NCBI GenBank assembly: GCA_041660565.1
Contig: JBAZWC010000002.1
Span: 85,520-149,519 of the forward strand
Source of the DNA: Patescibacteria group bacterium
Lineage (GTDB): Bacteria > Patescibacteriota > UBA1384 > CAJBMM01
DNA: 64,000 nucleotides
Reading direction: 5' to 3'
The position numbers were made by a program, and so were the translations under genes. Below the pieces are notes generated by a model, which made no database searches, was not told the DNA's origin, and saw nothing but the letters and a program-made list of their open reading frames with translations. Of this stretch, positions 48,637-58,142 are shown in pieces. Within the stretch, counting starts at the first letter, position 1. The number at the start of each line of letters is the position of its first letter.

Positions 48637-48768
48637 AATTATAAATTTTCAATTTTTAATTTTTAATGAAAGGTAACCAATTTTAAATGACTAAATAAGG
48701 TACTTTTTTAAAATTTAATCATTCGGCACTTATTCATTTAAAATTTAACATTTAGAATTTAAAATTAT
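48637..48768 (-). repeat. R2 AT-rich interspersed repeat, copy 5, inverted orientation
   Basis: TATAAATTTTCAATTTTTAATTTTTAATGAAAGGTAACCAATTTTAAATGACTAAATAAGGTAC…ATCATTCGGCACTTATTCATTTAAAATTT. Confidence 0.75.
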
Positions 48769-48831
48769 TGGAGTGGAAACTCACGAGGTCAAAATGACAA
48801 TTTAACCACACTAAATTAAAAAGGAGATCTA

Positions 48832-49503
48832 ATGTTATTTAAGGATTTTGAGGGATTAAAATTTCCGGTTGAATACGTAACCCGATATTTTTTCAAAGAA
48901 AAACTGCATACCCAGTCCGGTCGAGTTTTGGAACTGGGCTCAGGTAATGGCAATAATTTGATGCTATTTTATCAGTATGGTTGGGATGTGGTAGGCGCCG
49001 ATATTGATCCCGAGCTCATTAAACAAGCCGATCACAACTTTAAGCTAACCGGGCTAAAAAACCACTACGAGCACGTAGCGGCCGATATGGTGGAATTCGT
49101 GGAAAAGTATCAAGGCGAGCCGTTTGATGCGTTTCTAATGCCCCACAGCATCTACTACTTACCAATGGATCAGATTGTCAGGCTACTCGATTTGATTAAA
49201 AGCAAAAAGCTAATCAAACCCAATGCTTCGTTTTTTCTTACCGTGCGAACACCAGAGGATTATCGGTTCGGCCGCGGCAAACAAATCGGTGACAAAACAT
49301 ACGAATTGGCCATCGACGAAACCGGTGAAAAAGGTTGTACTATCACGTTTTTCAGCGAATTTGAAATCATCGAGCTATTAAAAAAATATTTTACTATCGA
49401 TTCGCTCCATGTCTCTAGACAGCTGTATGGTAATTTTATGCATGATCGGTTGGTCAATAACAGCGATATTACTATTTGGGGTAACATTACAATTCGAAAA
49501 TAG
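48832..49503 (+). CDS. Class I SAM-dependent methyltransferase
   Basis: 223 aa. Motif I VLELGSGNGNNLMLF, motif II/III region. RBS AAAGGAG. Confidence 0.7.
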   Translation: MLFKDFEGLKFPVEYVTRYFFKEKLHTQSGRVLELGSGNGNNLMLFYQYGWDVVGADIDPELIKQADHNFKLTGLKNHYEHVAADMVEFVEKYQGEPFDAFLMPHSIYYLPMDQIVRLLDLIKSKKLIKPNASFFLTVRTPEDYRFGRGKQIGDKTYELAIDETGEKGCTITFFSEFEIIELLKKYFTIDSLHVSRQLYGNFMHDRLVNNSDITIWGNITIRK

Positions 49504-49664
49504 TGATTTTTTGCATTTTATTTTTATGTGATATACTTTAATAAAGCTCAGTTTATCTAATTAATTTTAAATGTTGTCGCCTAGACTGTTTACGTGTAAA
49601 CGTAAGTGGTGGCAGTGTTTTTCCCCGTAAAAAAATATTTTGTTCGTTTAAAATAGGAGTAGTT

Positions 49665-49865
49665 ATGGTTTTTAAGATACTGTTAGGAATTGCGGTGGCA
49701 GTACTGTTGCCGTTCGATGATGCACACGCATATATTGACCCAGGTACGGGTAGTCACGCTATACAAGTACTAATCGCCGTAATCGCCGGGGTATCCTACT
49801 CCGCTCGAATCTATTGGACCAACATCCGTGTCTTTTTAAGCCGTTTCAGCAAGAAAAATAAATAG
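49665..49865 (+). CDS. Small (66-aa) membrane protein
   Basis: RBS AGGAG 5 nt upstream. Two hydrophobic segments. TATACT -10 about 120 nt upstream. Confidence 0.4.
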   Translation: MVFKILLGIAVAVLLPFDDAHAYIDPGTGSHAIQVLIAVIAGVSYSARIYWTNIRVFLSRFSKKNK

Positions 49866-49868
49866 ACT

Positions 49869-51269
49869 ATGACAGTACAAAGCCATATTGATAAAAACTC
49901 GGGCTCATTTCGAGATCCCAGTGGATACATTTTTCGTCATAATAACGAAATCTATCGCTACATTGCCCCAAATTATTTGCCCCATTACCGTATGTTAATG
50001 GATTCCGGCTTGTATCAAAAACTAGTCGATGAAGGCTTGCTAATCTCGCATCAAGAAAAACCAAATATGCCCGCGATTGATGGCGGTTTAATCATCAAAC
50101 CAACCATGATTCCGTTTATATCGTATCCATATGAATGGTGTTTTAGCCAAATTAAAGACGCGGCGCTAACTACCCTTAAAATCCAAAAAATCGCCCTTGA
50201 ACACAATATGGTGCTTAAGGATGCTAACGCCTACAATATTCAGTTTTTTCAGGGCAAACCGATCTTAATTGACACTTTGTCTTTTGAAAAATACGAGGAA
50301 AATGCGCCCTGGGTGGCGTACCAACAGTTTTGCCAACATTTTTTGGTCCCATTGTGCTTAGCCACGTACACCGACGTATTTTTGCCCAGATTAACCAGCA
50401 TGTTTTGCGACGGCATTCCGCTGGAAATTGCGGTAAAACTGCTGCCAACGCGGGCTCATTTTAACTTGGGATTGCAAATGCATTTGTTTGCCCACGTTAA
50501 ATTTCAAAAAAACTATAATGAAAAACCCAAAGACGCTAAGTCTTTTAAGATCAAGAAGTCTGGTTTGCTGGCGCTAATTTTTGATCTCGAACGCGTGGTT
50601 AATAAATTACATTTCCCAAGCAGGCACACCGAGTGGGGAGACTATTACACTAATACCAATTACACTTCCAAGGCGATTCTAGAAAAAGAAAATATGGTGG
50701 CAAAATTGATCGACAAATTGGATATTAAGACGGTTTGGGATGTCGGGTCAAACGATGGACGTTTTAGCCGCATGGCAACAGACAAAGGATTATTTACGAT
50801 CTCATCAGACATAGACCCGGTGGCGGTAGAGAAAAACTACCTGCAAACCAAAGTAAAAAACGAAAAGTTGATGCTGCCGTTAATTGTGGATCTAAACAAC
50901 CCCAGCCCTAACATCGGCTGGAACAATCAAGAACGAGAAGCTTTTTTTGGCCGTGCTAAAAGCGACTTGATTCTAGCACTGGCGCTAATCCACCATATTG
51001 CCATTTCCAACAACGTCCCATTTGATCAAGTAGCAAGCTTTTTTGCCCCGCTCTGTCGATATTTAATGATCGAATTTGTGCCCAAAGATGACTCCAAAGT
51101 GCAACGTCTGTTAGCCAGTCGCAAAGATGTTTTTGTGCACTACAACCAACCGGATTTTGAAAAATCATTTTCTCAGTATTTCAATATCAAAGAAAAGATT
51201 TTAATTAAAGGAACCAAACGCACCCTGTATTTGATGGAAACAAAGACTCGCGTACCTCACAATGAATAG
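49869..51269 (+). CDS. Two-domain protein with a kinase-like N-terminal region (tentative) and C-terminal class I SAM methyltransferase
   Basis: 466 aa. N-terminal LKDANAYNIQF…IDTLSFE is weakly reminiscent of APH/Kdo-kinase HxD..N..(I/L)D motifs. C-terminal VWDVGSNDGRFSRMA is MTase motif I. Confidence 0.4.
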   Translation: MTVQSHIDKNSGSFRDPSGYIFRHNNEIYRYIAPNYLPHYRMLMDSGLYQKLVDEGLLISHQEKPNMPAIDGGLIIKPTMIPFISYPYEWCFSQIKDAALTTLKIQKIALEHNMVLKDANAYNIQFFQGKPILIDTLSFEKYEENAPWVAYQQFCQHFLVPLCLATYTDVFLPRLTSMFCDGIPLEIAVKLLPTRAHFNLGLQMHLFAHVKFQKNYNEKPKDAKSFKIKKSGLLALIFDLERVVNKLHFPSRHTEWGDYYTNTNYTSKAILEKENMVAKLIDKLDIKTVWDVGSNDGRFSRMATDKGLFTISSDIDPVAVEKNYLQTKVKNEKLMLPLIVDLNNPSPNIGWNNQEREAFFGRAKSDLILALALIHHIAISNNVPFDQVASFFAPLCRYLMIEFVPKDDSKVQRLLASRKDVFVHYNQPDFEKSFSQYFNIKEKILIKGTKRTLYLMETKTRVPHNE

Positions 51270-52788
51270 AACAAAATTAATTAATAAAGTTAAAAAATAC
51301 TTCAGCCCACTCTACCCTTGGCTTTATCTTTTGTACACCCTGCTTTTGTTTACCGGATATGGTATTCATTTCACTAATGTTTTTTACCTCGCACTAAATT
51401 TGATTATTGCCGGCATCGGACTGTTTGTTCTAATGCTAATTCTAGGCAAATTTACCTCAGACCGAGCCAAAATTGCCTGCATCACCCTGGTTTTTGAAGT
51501 AATTTATTTTAACTACAAAGCATTCGAAGACTGGGCGCTTACTCTACCTGCCTCTGATATTCTATTTAAACTGCACCTCCCCGTTCTACTGACCATCGCG
51601 GTTTTAATCTTTTTCAGCATCAAAGTAATCAAATTTTCCAAGCCGATCACCGCTTTTACCAAGGTTGCTACGTTTGTGGTGATAATTTTAGTGCTGGACA
51701 GTTTGTACGTAGTCATTGATGCTCGCGCGAAAGACTACTCATTAAGAAACAGGGTCGAAAACTCGGTTACCGAGTACCAAAGCGAGGATAAGCCGGACAT
51801 CTATTACATTATTTACGATCGCTACACCGGCTCTAAGGCCTTAAAAAATTTGTACGGTTATGATAATTCAGCGTTTACAGACGAGCTAAAGAAGCGCGGT
51901 TTTTATTATGCGGACAAAAGCTCAAGCAACTATTTCGGTACTTTGCATTCGTTAACTTCAATTATGAATATGGATTTTAATGATTCCAAAGCCAGCAACG
52001 ATCTGTTTAAAGACAGTGATTTGTTGGCGATGCTGGACAATAATCGGGTTACCTTTACCTTGCAGAAAATGGGTTATTCGACATACAACGTCGGATCTTG
52101 GTGGACCGACACCAACCGTAACCCCAATATGATATCACCAAAGCAAATGGCACCAATGACATTAATGGACTACACCACTTACTATTTGCTCAGGGGCACG
52201 TTGGCTGAACCACTTAAAAAGCCCATCACCAACTATCAAATGAAACACGTTTTTAATTATCGCGTAAAATCACTTGATGAAATAAAAAATAATCCGTCAC
52301 CAAAATTTGTTTTTATGCATTCATTATCGTCTCATACCCCGTTTGTTTACGATGCCAAATGCAATATCAAATCTGATATCAGTCAAGAGAGTGTCGAGAT
52401 ATATTTGGATAATCTGCAGTGTGTTAATCAGCATATATTACAAATTGTGGATACAATTTTAAACAAACCGGGAGACAAACCGGTCATCATTCTACAATCA
52501 GACGAAGGGCACGAAATCACTCAAGCCCTACCAACTACTACTGATGCGCCAGACGCAGCTCTGCTTGAGAAATTTTCCACCCTCAGTACTTTTTATTTCC
52601 CAGATCAAAAATACGATCAGCTTTATCCGGAAATTTCATCGGTTAACACCTTTCGCGTGGTCTTGAATAAATTATTTAACGCCAATATTGCATTATTACC
52701 GGACAAAAGTTACGTCAGTGGCGATCAATTCGAGATAAACGATACCAAAGAGGTAACAAATCGCATTAGCGAATTGATCAGAAAATAG
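51262..52788 (+). CDS. Membrane-anchored sulfatase/LtaS-like (alkaline-phosphatase superfamily) transferase
   Basis: 508 aa. 5 N-terminal TM helices, then PDIYYIIYDRYTGS…SLSSHTPF typical of the LtaS/phosphoglycerol or phosphoethanolamine transferase fold. Confidence 0.5.
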   Translation: MNRTKLINKVKKYFSPLYPWLYLLYTLLLFTGYGIHFTNVFYLALNLIIAGIGLFVLMLILGKFTSDRAKIACITLVFEVIYFNYKAFEDWALTLPASDILFKLHLPVLLTIAVLIFFSIKVIKFSKPITAFTKVATFVVIILVLDSLYVVIDARAKDYSLRNRVENSVTEYQSEDKPDIYYIIYDRYTGSKALKNLYGYDNSAFTDELKKRGFYYADKSSSNYFGTLHSLTSIMNMDFNDSKASNDLFKDSDLLAMLDNNRVTFTLQKMGYSTYNVGSWWTDTNRNPNMISPKQMAPMTLMDYTTYYLLRGTLAEPLKKPITNYQMKHVFNYRVKSLDEIKNNPSPKFVFMHSLSSHTPFVYDAKCNIKSDISQESVEIYLDNLQCVNQHILQIVDTILNKPGDKPVIILQSDEGHEITQALPTTTDAPDAALLEKFSTLSTFYFPDQKYDQLYPEISSVNTFRVVLNKLFNANIALLPDKSYVSGDQFEINDTKEVTNRISELIRK

Positions 52789-52856
52789 ACTTATTACAAA
52801 ATCTTTCAAAACAATGTATTATATACTGGAATATTGAAAGAATAATAAGGAGATCA

Positions 52857-53615
52857 ATGGCTAATAAGGCAATCCACACCAAGGTAGTCTCAGCTAACCA
52901 TGAAACGGAACTGCGTCGGGATTTTCAAAAACTATTTCGTGACTGCCCCATTCCGGACAATGAGATATTAGAGAATTTGTCCTTATTCTTAAACCGCCAA
53001 ACTATGTCTCGTATTATATTTATGAACGAGATGTATCAGCGAATCATTAATGTTCACGGTGTAGCCATGGAATTCGGCACTCGTTGGGGCCGAAACTTGG
53101 CAATGTTTGAATCGTTTAGAGGAATGTACGAACCGTTCAACTTTAATCGTAAAATTGTTTGTTTTGATACCTTCTCCGGGTTTCCATCTGTCGATGCCAA
53201 AGATGGCAAAGCCGATATTATTAAGGAGCAAGCTTTTTCCACCACCGAAAATTACGATGAGTATTTAACCAAAGTACTGGACTATCACGAAAAAGAAAGC
53301 CCAATCTCACACATCAAGAAATATGAGATCGTTAAAGGTGATGCTACCAAAACCGTCCACCAATATTTCATTAATAATCCGGAAACCATTGTGGCCATTG
53401 CCTATTTTGATTTTGATATCTACGCCCCAACCAAAGAATGCCTGGTGGCGCTCAAAAACCACGTTACCAAAGGCACAGTCATCGGGTTCGATGAATTAAA
53501 TCTACACGATTACCCAGGTGAAACATTGGCTTTCAAAGAGGTGTTTGAGTTGGATAAATATGCCATTCGCCGCTCACCTCTAGTCCCCAACGCTTCGTAC
53601 ATTGTGATTGAATAA
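52857..53615 (+). CDS. Macrocin-O-methyltransferase (TylF)-family sugar O-methyltransferase
   Basis: 252 aa. GVAMEFGTRWGRNLAMF, CFDTFSGFPS, VAIAYFDFDIYAPT motifs. Confidence 0.7.
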   Translation: MANKAIHTKVVSANHETELRRDFQKLFRDCPIPDNEILENLSLFLNRQTMSRIIFMNEMYQRIINVHGVAMEFGTRWGRNLAMFESFRGMYEPFNFNRKIVCFDTFSGFPSVDAKDGKADIIKEQAFSTTENYDEYLTKVLDYHEKESPISHIKKYEIVKGDATKTVHQYFINNPETIVAIAYFDFDIYAPTKECLVALKNHVTKGTVIGFDELNLHDYPGETLAFKEVFELDKYAIRRSPLVPNASYIVIE

Positions 53616-53635
53616 CAAATCTACGCGAGGTTAAT

Positions 53636-54331
53636 ATGAGATGCGCCATAATGCAACCGACCTATTTGCCATGGCTCGGCTACTTTGAGTTGATGCTGTC
53701 TTCTGACGTTTTTGTCTATTTTGACGATGTCCAATTTGTGAGCAAAAGTTGGCAGCAACGCAATCGCATTAAAACCGCCACCGGCGAGCTAATGTTGACC
53801 GTGCCAGTGTTAAAAAAAGGCGAGCACGAGCAGGTAATCAATCAAACTTTAATCAATAATCAAGAAAATTGGCGACGTAAACACCTTGGATCGATTGAAA
53901 ACAGCTACCGCAAAGCACCTTATTTTGACCATTACATTGATGGGATACGTGAAATCTATGCGCGCGATTTTACCAAATTAATTGATTTGAATGTGGCGCT
54001 AAATGAGTTTGTGCGCGCAAAGGTGGGCATTACTACCCCGGTCAAATATTCGTCTCAAATTTGCCCGCCCGCAGAACGAAACGCCCGCATTGTTGACATC
54101 TGCCATAAAATTGGTGCCACCGAGCTGTACGACGCCGCCGGCGCTGAGGCAATTTTGGATTTGGATTATTACAAAAAGAATAACGTTAAAATGATTTTTC
54201 AGCATTATAACCATCCGATTTACAAGCAACAGTTCGGCGAATTTCTGCCGTATATGTCGGCAATCGACCTGCTCTTTAACGAAGGTGAAAAAGCCAAAGA
54301 GATCATCATTAGCGGAGGCATCAATGATTGA
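53636..54331 (+). CDS. WbqC-like family protein
   Basis: 231 aa. MRCAIMQPTYLPWLGYFELM N-terminus typical of WbqC (PF08889). Confidence 0.6.
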   Translation: MRCAIMQPTYLPWLGYFELMLSSDVFVYFDDVQFVSKSWQQRNRIKTATGELMLTVPVLKKGEHEQVINQTLINNQENWRRKHLGSIENSYRKAPYFDHYIDGIREIYARDFTKLIDLNVALNEFVRAKVGITTPVKYSSQICPPAERNARIVDICHKIGATELYDAAGAEAILDLDYYKKNNVKMIFQHYNHPIYKQQFGEFLPYMSAIDLLFNEGEKAKEIIISGGIND

Positions 54332-55367
54332 AATTGGTCACCGAAAGATTGGATCGGGGGAACCGGCGCTAATTGTAGCGGAGATTTCGGGGAATCACCT
54401 GCACAAGTTTGATCTGGCGGTCAAAACCATCCACGCCATGAAAGAAGCCGGTGCGGATGCGGTAAAACTGCAAACCTTCACCGCCGATACTATCACTTTA
54501 GATGCAAACACCAAGTATTTTCAGATTAAAGACACCATTTGGGCCGGGCAAAATATGCACAAACTTTTTGCCGAGGTAAGCATGCCCTGGGATTGGCAAC
54601 CGAAATTGAAAAAGGTGGCCGAGGATTTGGGAATGATGCTTTTTTCGACCCCGTTTGATTTTAGTTCGGTGGATTTTCTAGCTGAAATGGGCGTACCGTG
54701 TTACAAAGTAGCCTCGCCGGAGATTGTTGATTTACCGTTAATTGAACATATCGCCTCTAAAAACAAACCGGTCATATTAGCTACCGGTGTGGCGGCACTA
54801 GCCGATATCCGCGCTGCCGTTAATGCTTGCCACAATGTTGGAAATCACCAAATTATCATCCTAAAATGTACTTCGGCGTATCCAACTCCGTGGGATGAGG
54901 TCAACTTACAAACCATGGTAGATATTAAGAAAAAATTCAAGACCGTGGTCGGCATATCTGACCACACCCCCGGATCAGTAGTACCAATTTCGGCAGTAGC
55001 GCTAGGCGCATCAATGATTGAAAAACATTTTATTTTAGACCGACATTTGGGCGGCCCGGACTCATCATTTTCGCTTGAACCCAATGAATTCAAAAAAATG
55101 GTAGACGAAATCCGTCAAGCTGAGAAAGCGCTCGGTCACGTCAACTATCAGCTAACGCCGGGGATGAAGATTGAGCGAAAACAAGGGCGATCTTTGTTTG
55201 TAGTGGCTGATATTAAAAAGGGCGAGATTTTTACCACAGACAACGTCCGGTCCATCAGACCCGGTGATGGCTTACCGCCAAAATTCATAGGCGAAGTTTT
55301 AGGCAAAAAAGCTAAATCTGACATTAAAAAAGGCAATCCACTAACCTGGAAACAAATTATTAAATGA
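54324..55367 (+). CDS. pseI: Nonulosonic (pseudaminic/N-acetylneuraminic) acid synthase, NeuB/PseI family, with C-terminal SAF domain
   Basis: MIEIGHRKIGSGEPALIVAEISGNH…, TIM barrel plus SAF (…VVADIKKGEIFTTDNVRSIRPGDGLPP…). ATG 54324 after GGAGG. Overlaps the wbqC-like end. Confidence 0.85.
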   Translation: MIEIGHRKIGSGEPALIVAEISGNHLHKFDLAVKTIHAMKEAGADAVKLQTFTADTITLDANTKYFQIKDTIWAGQNMHKLFAEVSMPWDWQPKLKKVAEDLGMMLFSTPFDFSSVDFLAEMGVPCYKVASPEIVDLPLIEHIASKNKPVILATGVAALADIRAAVNACHNVGNHQIIILKCTSAYPTPWDEVNLQTMVDIKKKFKTVVGISDHTPGSVVPISAVALGASMIEKHFILDRHLGGPDSSFSLEPNEFKKMVDEIRQAEKALGHVNYQLTPGMKIERKQGRSLFVVADIKKGEIFTTDNVRSIRPGDGLPPKFIGEVLGKKAKSDIKKGNPLTWKQIIK

Positions 55368-56815
55368 ATATTATTATCAATGACTTTGACGACCCGGAGC
55401 TGTCCGAAGTAACTTTTAAAATTTTGCGTGATTTTAAGGCGCAACACTGCGCTGCTATCTATAACAACGTGCCAACCAAGGTGCCAAAACACGTTAAATG
55501 CGATCGATTTGATTGGGAGAAAATTATCTTTTTTGCCGATTACGACGTTAATTGGAATAATATTACCCCGTTAGACGAAGAAATTATCGAGTCTTACTCT
55601 CAAACTGAAACAGTGGTAATAAAAATGATGGACCGGCTGGAAGTCCGGCGTCCCCTCTCGTATCAGATGCGCAAAGAAATGTATTTGAAACACCTTCGAT
55701 TTTGGCTAGATTACATCAAAAAGAATCACATTGACTTATTTTTTTCGACCAACACCCCACACGAAATATATGACTTTGTGATTTATGATATTTGCAAAAA
55801 GCAGGGCATTCCCACCCTTTTTACCCACCAATCGCAAATTGATGATACCTCTTTGTTACTTAATGATTGGCAAAAATCGATCGACAACTTACCTTTAATA
55901 ATGAGCCAGCTCAAAGGCAAACCGATTAAGTTATCTGAACGATTCGAACGGATTTTTAGCTACTATTCCCACTCTAACCCTACCCCCGGGTCAAAAATCA
56001 CCCTAAGTTATACCAACCAACGTTTTACCATTCATAAAATAATTCAGCCAATTCAGGTGATAATTAAATTACTCACCACCTTAAAACGTACTATCAAGCG
56101 CCTGCCCATTTACCTTGTCGTTTATACTCGACGAGAGATAATTGGCATTAGTACGGCTTATTTACACTGGTTTTATCGCCAACACACCACAAAAGCTGAT
56201 CTAAAACAAAAATACATCTACTTTCCGTTGCACTATCAGCCCGAATTAACCACTTCACCTGGTGCTGGCGAATTTGTTAACCAGGTTTTAATTGCTACCT
56301 TGCTGTCACATTACGCGCCCAAAAACGTCTTGATTTACATTAAAGAGCATCCGGCACAAAACGCTCGCTGCCGATCCACTAGTTATTTCCGAGAGTTGCT
56401 AAACATGCCGAACGTACGGTTAATGCCCGTAAAAACTAGCACGTACGAGCTAATCGATCACGCCCAAGCGGTGGCAACCGGTATGGGCACGGCAGGTTGG
56501 GAAGGAATTTTTCGGGGTAAACCGGTATTGATGTTTGGCCACGATTTTTACCAGTACGCCCCGGGCGTATTCCCCATCAAAACAAATGCGGACTGCGCTA
56601 AGGCGATGACCCAGATTTTTACCGGTCAGTATAAATATGACGAAAATAATTTACGCATATTCTTAAAAGCAGTGGAGATGACTACCATTTCGGGAACAAC
56701 AGATCTGCTTTACCGCCAACAATTTGGAGTCAACGAAGCACAAAATAGCCAGAATATCTATGGCGCCATCGCCAAACGCCTAACTGACATGGGATTCGCC
56801 AAAAATGATCGATAG
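55364..56815 (+). CDS. GT-B transferase, capsule-polysaccharide (KpsS/KpsC-like) or TagB/F-like
   Basis: 483 aa. …YIYFPLHYQPELTTSPG…IKEHPAQ…VATGMGTAGWEGIFRGKPVLMFG. Paralog at 58135..59553. Confidence 0.5.
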   Translation: MNIIINDFDDPELSEVTFKILRDFKAQHCAAIYNNVPTKVPKHVKCDRFDWEKIIFFADYDVNWNNITPLDEEIIESYSQTETVVIKMMDRLEVRRPLSYQMRKEMYLKHLRFWLDYIKKNHIDLFFSTNTPHEIYDFVIYDICKKQGIPTLFTHQSQIDDTSLLLNDWQKSIDNLPLIMSQLKGKPIKLSERFERIFSYYSHSNPTPGSKITLSYTNQRFTIHKIIQPIQVIIKLLTTLKRTIKRLPIYLVVYTRREIIGISTAYLHWFYRQHTTKADLKQKYIYFPLHYQPELTTSPGAGEFVNQVLIATLLSHYAPKNVLIYIKEHPAQNARCRSTSYFRELLNMPNVRLMPVKTSTYELIDHAQAVATGMGTAGWEGIFRGKPVLMFGHDFYQYAPGVFPIKTNADCAKAMTQIFTGQYKYDENNLRIFLKAVEMTTISGTTDLLYRQQFGVNEAQNSQNIYGAIAKRLTDMGFAKNDR

Positions 56816-58142
56816 CATCAAATCTATGTTAAAAACTGCCAGTTTGCGCCAAATTATCGCCAACTCGTTTTGGATAATGCTGGATAATATTGTGCGCATT
56901 GGCGTGGGTTTTTTTGTTGGGGTTTGGGTAGCGCGCTACCTTGGTCCAAGCCAATACGGATTATGGAACTACGCCATTTCTTTCGTAGCTATATTTAGCG
57001 TGATCGCCAACCCCGGTTTTAATGATATTGTCATTCGTGACGTGGTCAGAATGTCCGAAAAAAGAGGTGAGGTTCTGGGCACCTCGTTTTTCTTACGCCT
57101 CGTTGGCGCTTCAATCGCCTCGGTTTTGGCAATAATAATTATTTTAATACTGTCACACCGCGACTTTCTAACCACCGCATTGGTAGCAGTTTCGGCGGTT
57201 GGCTTAATTTTCCAGTCATTTGATGTGATTTCATTATGGTTCGAGTCAAGAGTGAAATCTCAAAAATCAGTCACAGTTAGATTGATTGCTTTCTCTGTTT
57301 CCAGCGCGATTAAAGTAGCATTAATACTTTCACACGCCTCTTTAATTTACTTTGCCCTGGCCAGCATTATCGAACTTGGTTTAAGCGCCATCGGGATAAT
57401 TCTGGCATACTGGCACGATAAACAGTCGTTTCGCGCTTGGCAATTTACCATTCCTTATGCCAAAACGATGCTTCGCAACTGCTGGCCAATTATGGCAGCA
57501 GGCGCATTGAGTATGGTTTACCTACGCGTGGATAAAATATTGGTAGGTAATTTGATTAGCGATTCCGCTTTGGGTAACTACTCCGTTGGCACCATGCTAA
57601 CCGAATCATTGCGTTTTGTGGCCATCGCCATCACCGCCTCTGTCTTCCCGGCAATCATCTACTCCAAACAGCAAAACGAAAAACTATACCTGCATCGGCT
57701 GCAAATGCTTTATAACTTTATGATTTTGATGGCGGTGGTAATAGCCGTGCCAATTACCATTTTTGCCCATCAAATTATCCATTTACTCTATGGTGATCAG
57801 TTTAGCCAAGCCGCCACGGTGTTATCGATTTACATTTGGACGAATGTTTTTATGTTCTCCGATTTTGCCGCGTCAAAATGGTTCTACACCGAAAATCTGC
57901 AAAAATTCATCCTGTATAAAGATTTGGCGGGCGCGATAGTCAGTTTGGCGCTCGATTTGATATTGATCCCACGCATTGGAGTAATCGGCGCCGCCATCTC
58001 TGGGATCATCTCGATTATGATTGTAACCTACCTTGGCAACCTGTTCTTCCCCCAAACCCGAATCGTTTTCCGAATGCAAACCGCTTCCTTTTTCCATTTT
58101 TTGTCGTATCATAAGCTTAAAAGCGAGATAAACAGTGATTAA
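56805..58142 (+). CDS. Polysaccharide flippase (Wzx / MOP superfamily)
   Basis: 445 aa, 12 TM helices. Overlaps neighbours on both sides (coupled). Confidence 0.75.
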   Translation: MIDSIKSMLKTASLRQIIANSFWIMLDNIVRIGVGFFVGVWVARYLGPSQYGLWNYAISFVAIFSVIANPGFNDIVIRDVVRMSEKRGEVLGTSFFLRLVGASIASVLAIIIILILSHRDFLTTALVAVSAVGLIFQSFDVISLWFESRVKSQKSVTVRLIAFSVSSAIKVALILSHASLIYFALASIIELGLSAIGIILAYWHDKQSFRAWQFTIPYAKTMLRNCWPIMAAGALSMVYLRVDKILVGNLISDSALGNYSVGTMLTESLRFVAIAITASVFPAIIYSKQQNEKLYLHRLQMLYNFMILMAVVIAVPITIFAHQIIHLLYGDQFSQAATVLSIYIWTNVFMFSDFAASKWFYTENLQKFILYKDLAGAIVSLALDLILIPRIGVIGAAISGIISIMIVTYLGNLFFPQTRIVFRMQTASFFHFLSYHKLKSEINSD